The translations under genes and the position numbers were made by a program. A stretch of DNA of 64,000 nucleotides from Mobula hypostoma (lineage: Eukaryota): NCBI RefSeq assembly GCF_963921235.1, contig NC_086108.1, positions 63,738,001 to 63,802,000 on the forward strand, in the 5' to 3' direction. Positions 61,370 through 64,000 of the stretch are shown here, piece by piece. Every line of letters starts with the position of its first letter. Position 1 is the stretch's first letter. The notes under the pieces are model-generated. The model had not been told where the DNA came from. It was given only the letters and a program-made list of their open reading frames with translations, and searched no databases.

Positions 61370-64000
61370 CTTATAGGGGATTTGATAGTTAGGGGGACAG
61401 ATAAGAGGTTCTGTGGGAGAGATCTAGAATTCTGGATAGTCTGTTGCCTCCCTGGTGCCAGGGTCCGCGATATCTCGGATCGAGTTCTCGGTATTCTCAG
61501 GAGAGAGAGTGAGCAGCCAGATGTCGTGGTCCTCGTGGGGACCAATGACATAGATAGGAGTAGGGATGAGGTCCTGAAGAAGGAATATAGGGAGTTAGAA
61601 AAGAAGTTAAAAAGCAGGACCTCAAGAGTGGTAATCTCAGGATTGCTGCCTGTGCCACGAGACAGAGAGGATAGGAACAGGAAGTTATGGCAGATGAATG
61701 CGTGGCTGAAGAGTTGGTGCAGGGGGAAGGGGTTCAGATTCTGGATCATTGGGATCTCTTCTGGGGAAGGTCTGACCTGTACAAAAAGGATGGGCTGCAC
61801 CTGAACTGGAAAGGGACCATTATCCTGGCGGGCAGGTTTGCTAGAGCTGTTGGGGAGGGTTTAAGCTAGTTTGGCAGGGGGGTGGGAATCAGAATGTGAG
61901 TGCAGAGATTAGGGTAGAAGGACAAGGGCATGATACTATGTGTTCTGAGTTGGTGAGAAAGGACAGGCAGGGGACAAAACATAAATGTAGCCAGTTAGAG
62001 TGGTTGAAATGTGTCTATTTCAACACTAGGAGTATTAGAAATAAAGTGGATGAACAGAACATGGATCAGTACGTGGAACTACGATGTTGTGGCCATTACT
62101 GAAACTTGGCTGGAGGAAGGGCAGGATTGGCTGATGCAGGTACCGGGGTTTAGGTGTTTTTAAAGGAATAGGATGGGAGGTACAAAAGGGGGGGGGGGGG
62201 AGTAGCATTACTGGTCAGCGATAGTATCACGGCTATAGAAAGGGAGGACACTGCAGTGGGAGTGTCCACTGAGTTGTTGTGGGTGGAGGTCAGAAATAGG
62301 AAGAGATCAATCACTGTGCTGGGAGTAGTCTATAGGCCCCCCTAAATAGCCCATGGGACACTGAGGAGCAGATAAGCAGGCAGATTTTAGAATGGTGCAG
62401 GAAATACAGGGTGGTAGCTATGGGTGATTTCAACTTCCCTCATATTGACTGGCACCTCCTGACTGCAAGGGGGATAGATGGGGCTGAATTTGTCAGGTGT
62501 GTTCAAAAAGGATTCCTAACAGTGTGTGGACTGGCCAATGAGAGGAGAGGCCATACTGGATCTAGTTCTGGGTAATGAACCTGGTCAGGTGGCAGACCTC
62601 TTGGTGGGGGAGCATTTTGGTGAGATTGACCACAACTCCCTTAGCTTCAGCAAAGCTATGGAAAAGGATAAAAACAGACAAAATGGGAAAGTGCTTAACT
62701 GGGGAAGGGCTAACTATGAAGAGATGAGGCAGGAGCTAGTGAGAGTAAATTGGAAACAGATATTCAAGGGTGAAAGCACAGAAGTAATGTGGAGGAAGTT
62801 TAGGGACCACATGCCTGGTTCAGGATAGGTTTGTCCCACTGAGACAAGGAAAAAATGGTAGGAAAAGGGAACTGTAGCTGACGAGACCGTGGCTGATGAA
62901 ACACGTGAGGCAACTCGTCAAGAGGAAGAAGGAAGCATATGTTAGATTTAAGAAGCAGAAAGCAAGAGGGGATCATGAGAAATATAGGGTAGCCAGGAAG
63001 GAGCTTAAGAAAGGACTTAGGAGAGCTCGAAGGGGGCATGAGAAGGTCTTGGCATGTAGGATTACAGAGAACCCCAAGGCGTTCTATGCGTATGTGAAGA
63101 ACAGAAGGATGACAAGAATGAAGGTGGGGCCACCAAAGGATAAAGAAGGCAACATGTGCCTGGAGGTGGAGGAGGTTGGGGAGGTCCTAAATGAATAATT
63201 TGCTTCAGTATTCACAAGTGAAAAGGACATTGATCAGGGTGATGTAGAAATTGAACAGGTCTGTGTGCTGGACACTGTGGAGATTAAGGAAGAAGAAATG
63301 CTGAGTCTTCCTAAAAACATCAAGATTGCTAAGTCCCCAGGACCGGACGTGATATACCCCAGGTTGCTGTGGGAAGTGAGAGAAGAGATCGCTGGAGCAG
63401 TAGCTATGATCTTTGAATCCTCTTTGGCTGCAGGGGAAGTGCCGGAGGATTGGAGAATGGCAAATGTAGTTCCCTTGTTTAAAAAAGGTAATAGGGAGAA
63501 TCCTGAGAACTACAGACCGGTGAGTCTTACGTCGGTGGTCTGCAATCTATTGGAAAGGATTCTTAAGGATAGGATCTACGAGCATTTGGAGAAGTACAGT
63601 CTACTCAAGGATAGTCAACATGGCTTTGTGAAGGGAAGGCCGTGCCTCACGAGCCTAATTGAGTTTCTTGAAGAGATAACAAAAGAAATTGATGAGGGTA
63701 GGTTTGTAGATGTGGTCTACATGGATTTTAGCAAAGCATTTGACAAGGTCCCCCACGAGAGACCCATCCAGAAAGTCATGCGGCATGGCATCAGTGGAAC
63801 CTTGGCTGTTTGGATAAAAAATTGGCTTACAGGAAGAAAGCAGAGGGTAGTAGTGGAAGGAAAGTATTCTGCTTGGAGGTCGGTGACTAGTGGAGTGCCG
63901 CAAGGATCTGTCCTGGGACCCCTGCTCTTTGTGATTTTTATAAATGACCCAGATGAAGAGGCAGAAGGATGGGTGAGAAAGTTTGCGGATGACGCGAAGA
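61370..64000 (+). mobile_element. CR1 LINE (second subfamily): ORF1 esterase part, EN and RT, running off the window
   Basis: [46 protein letters not shown] and KFADD motifs; several stops and frameshifts. Confidence 0.93.

Overview
Eukaryotic (vertebrate) genomic DNA. The repeat repertoire (CR1, Rex1/Babar, Penelope-like, RTE, V-SINE-like) points to a cartilaginous fish, probably a ray (inference). The only host gene I can support is the 3' part of a FREM1-like gene on the minus strand. Ten GT-AG exons (56167 down to the stop at 8341) splice in consistent phase to 1536 nt (511 aa plus stop), encoding the last CSPG repeat, Calx-beta, a linker and the C-terminal C-type lectin domain. Its 5' exons lie beyond 64000 or were not recognised. 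The introns are dense with nested transposons: young and old CR1 LINEs (one with an intact 5' end at 14741-18649), RTE, Rex1/Babar, Penelope-like elements with decayed minimal hammerhead motifs, two hAT elements with 8-bp TSDs, Tc1, a Tigger-like element, a solo LTR, SINEs and an ERV-L-like RT relic. The most interesting signal is at the CR1 ORF1/ORF2 junction: a canonical U_UUA_AAC slippery heptamer, in ORF1 frame directly before the ORF1 stop, leads into an ORF2 in the -1 frame that has no usable AUG. This suggests programmed -1 ribosomal frameshifting in a LINE. All family assignments come from recalled motifs; no database search was run.
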